DNA of 39,277 bases from Flammeovirgaceae bacterium. Lineage in GTDB: Bacteria; Bacteroidota; Bacteroidia; Cytophagales; Cyclobacteriaceae. Each line of letters starts with the position of its first letter. Position 1 is the first letter of the stretch. Shown in pieces: positions 36,950-39,277 of the stretch. Location of the stretch: the NCBI GenBank assembly GCA_003229495.1, contig QIEB01000489.1:1-39277 (forward strand), read 5' to 3'. A program made the position numbers and the translations under genes. The notes beneath the pieces were generated by a model, which was not told the DNA's origin, made no database searches, and saw only the letters and a list, made by a program, of their open reading frames with translations.

Positions 36950-38254
36950 ATGACAACCATTATTACCTCCATCGTGGCCTTTACGATGGTGATTCTACTA
37001 TTGGTTATGATCCTGTTATTTGCTCAGAGCAAATTGGTTCACTCGGGGGATGTTAGAATAATAATAAACGGGGATGACAGTAATGCCCTAATAACTGCCG
37101 CGGGTACTAGTTTACTATCAACACTTTCTAGTCAAAAACTATTTCTTCCCTCCGCTTGTGGGGGTGGTGGTACCTGCGGCATGTGTAAGTGTGTAATTGA
37201 AGACGGAGGCGGGGAGGTATTACCAACTGAAGTGGGTCATTTAAGCCGTAGTGAACAAAAGGAAAAAGTTCGATTGGCATGTCAGGTTAAGGTAAAACAG
37301 GACATGAGTATTCGCATACCAGAAGAAATATTTGGTATAAAAAAATGGGAATGTGAGGTTGTGAGCAATTACAACCTTTCTACATTTATTAAGGAATTTG
37401 TGGTGAAGCTACCTCCTGGAGAAACTTTGGATTTTAAATCAGGGGGGTACATACAAATTGACGTGCCAGAAGTTCAGGTAGCTTTTAGAGATATGGATAT
37501 TAGTCCAAAACCAGATATGGGGCACCCTGATGAGGTGTTCAAATCTGATTGGGATAATTTCAAAATGTGGGACTTATCCATGAAAAATGATGAACAGATA
37601 TTCCGGGCCTATTCCATGGCCAACCATCCGGCTGAAGGGGATATAATTATGCTAAACATACGAATCGCTACTCCGCCCTGGGACCGTAATGCCGGTAAAT
37701 TCATGGGTGTAAATCCCGGCATTTGCAGCTCCTATGTTTTCTCAAGAAAACTTGGAGACATGGTTACCATCTCAGGTCCTTATGGTGAGTTCTTTATTAA
37801 TGAGTCCACAAAAAGAGAAATGATCTACATTGGTGGTGGCGCAGGAATGGCGCCTCTGCGGTCTCATATATTCCATCTTTTTCACACTGAGAAAACAGAT
37901 CGAAAGGTCTCTTTCTGGTACGGTGGCCGATCACGAAAAGAACTATTCTACACCGATCAATTCAGGAAAATTGAAGACCAATTTCCCAACTTTAGCTTAA
38001 ACATTGCCTTGTCGGAACCCTTACCAGATGATAATTGGGTGGTCAATAAATCACTAGACGATGAGCAAGGAGATGGTTATTTGGGATTCATCCACCAGGC
38101 TTTATACGATAATTATTTAGGGCAACATGCAGAACCTGAAGAAGTAGAATATTACTTATGTGGACCTCCATTAATGAATGCTGCGGTGCTGAAAATGCTG
38201 GACGATCTGGGCATCCCTAAAGAAAATATTCGCTTCGACGATTTCGGAGGTTAA
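36950..38254 (+). CDS. nqrF: Na(+)-translocating NADH:quinone reductase subunit F
   Basis: N-terminal TM helix, SACGGGGTCGMC...RLACQ 2Fe-2S motif, RAYSMAN, GGGAGMAPLRSH, YLCGPP and terminal DDFGG. Confidence 0.97.
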   Translation: MTTIITSIVAFTMVILLLVMILLFAQSKLVHSGDVRIIINGDDSNALITAAGTSLLSTLSSQKLFLPSACGGGGTCGMCKCVIEDGGGEVLPTEVGHLSRSEQKEKVRLACQVKVKQDMSIRIPEEIFGIKKWECEVVSNYNLSTFIKEFVVKLPPGETLDFKSGGYIQIDVPEVQVAFRDMDISPKPDMGHPDEVFKSDWDNFKMWDLSMKNDEQIFRAYSMANHPAEGDIIMLNIRIATPPWDRNAGKFMGVNPGICSSYVFSRKLGDMVTISGPYGEFFINESTKREMIYIGGGAGMAPLRSHIFHLFHTEKTDRKVSFWYGGRSRKELFYTDQFRKIEDQFPNFSLNIALSEPLPDDNWVVNKSLDDEQGDGYLGFIHQALYDNYLGQHAEPEEVEYYLCGPPLMNAAVLKMLDDLGIPKENIRFDDFGG

Positions 38255-38311
38255 AGATTTAAGCCCTTTATGATGATACTAACCGGGCTTATTTAGTAAT
38301 TTTTTTATCAA

Positions 38312-39277
38312 ATGGACCTGAATATATTTTTTTCCGCAATCGATGAGACCATTGTTCAGTCCATTGATGATGTAAGTGCTTTTTACCATTCCGTTCACGT
38401 GAATACCCATGAAATGCCTTCCTACAAGGAAGCGGATATTGCTATTATTGGATTACAAGAAGAAAGAGGGACCTTGAATAACCAAGGGGTGGCGGCGGCG
38501 GCGGATGAAATACGCGGTAAACTGTATCGACTGAAGTCAGGAATGTACCCTTACCGGATCGCAGACCTGGGCAATCTCCGCAATGGGATTTCTCTTGAGG
38601 AAACTTGTCTGCGAATTAAAGAAGTCTGTAACATACTTCTGGTACACAATGTACTGCCAGTACTCATTGGAGGAACGCATGACCTCGATTATGGTCAGTT
38701 TATGGCCTATGAGGATTTGGGAAAACTAATCAGCATATTGAACGTGGACGCATTCCTGGATTTGGAAGAAAACGATCAACTGGGAGCATCACGGCAGCAT
38801 ATTCATAAAATGCTTCTTTTTGAACCTAACTACTTATTCAATTATAATCAACTGGGCCATCAAAGCTATCTGATCGACCCAGTGGCAATAAACCTGCTGG
38901 AAAAGCTATATTTTGATGTTTACCGATTGGGTTTACTGAAGGAGAATGTTCATGAAATGGAACCAGTGATTCGCAACGCCGATATGATGACCTTTGATAT
39001 TACCGCCATTAAATCCAGTGATGCTCCAGGCAACGCAAATGCTCAACCTTTTGGCCTGTCCGGGGAGGAGGCCTGTCAGGTGTGCTGGTATGCGGGCCTC
39101 AATGAAAAACTAAGTTCGGCCGGTTTTTATGAATACAACCCGGAATATGATGATGATCATCAATCTACTGCCAGAGTGGCGGCGACCATGATCTGGTATT
39201 TTATTGAAGGCTTTTACAATCGAAAAAAGGAACAGGATTATAAAAGCAATGATTATCTAAAATATGTGGTGACTATG
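38312..39277 (+). CDS. Arginase/formimidoylglutamase-family protein (3' truncated by window; absent from the ORF track)
   Basis: Open from the ATG at 38312 to the window end: IADLGN, LIGGTHD, NVDAFLD, FDITAI, PFGLSGEEACQVCWYAG, YEYNP and MIWYFIEG. Confidence 0.88.
   Translation, partial: MDLNIFFSAIDETIVQSIDDVSAFYHSVHVNTHEMPSYKEADIAIIGLQEERGTLNNQGVAAAADEIRGKLYRLKSGMYPYRIADLGNLRNGISLEETCLRIKEVCNILLVHNVLPVLIGGTHDLDYGQFMAYEDLGKLISILNVDAFLDLEENDQLGASRQHIHKMLLFEPNYLFNYNQLGHQSYLIDPVAINLLEKLYFDVYRLGLLKENVHEMEPVIRNADMMTFDITAIKSSDAPGNANAQPFGLSGEEACQVCWYAGLNEKLSSAGFYEYNPEYDDDHQSTARVAATMIWYFIEGFYNRKKEQDYKSNDYLKYVVTM

Overview
Chromosomal window from a Bacteroidota bacterium, most likely Cytophagales and probably marine or saline. 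This rests on several TAnnTTTG -7 promoter boxes, Bacteroidota-type SecA/CarB/AccD and NqrF, and is judged by eye without database searches. The backbone is housekeeping: end of a Na/Pi cotransporter, SLC13/TrkA-C permease, dapF-secA-SPOR-M20 hydrolase, rpsP-rimM-trmD-rplS, sucA-sucB-lpdA, carB, accD, nqrF and a truncated arginase-fold gene. An accessory block of about 10 kb (18-28 kb) holds a class III cyclase-TPR receptor, DUF2270, a flavin monooxygenase, an arylsulfate sulfotransferase, a serine hydrolase and a CBM9/DUF5916-like protein. It is followed by a lipoprotein and a TerB-like/FHA-like/ABCG-type exporter. No rRNA, tRNA, CRISPR array, integrase or transposase was seen. The most unusual signals are small. 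(1) A 45-nt palindromic element is inserted in frame in lpdA. (2) Degenerate 7/8-mer tandem arrays, some with nested GC-rich hairpins, occupy many intergenic gaps and invade the end of trmD. (3) S16 is 440 aa, with about 28 copies of a 9-aa acidic repeat, and its leader has a possible 16S-mimic hairpin. (4) An orphan hairpin plus terminator and a set of LacI-like operators lie upstream of carB. (5) dapF is probably leaderless. (6) Two eroded pseudogenes are missed by the ORF track.
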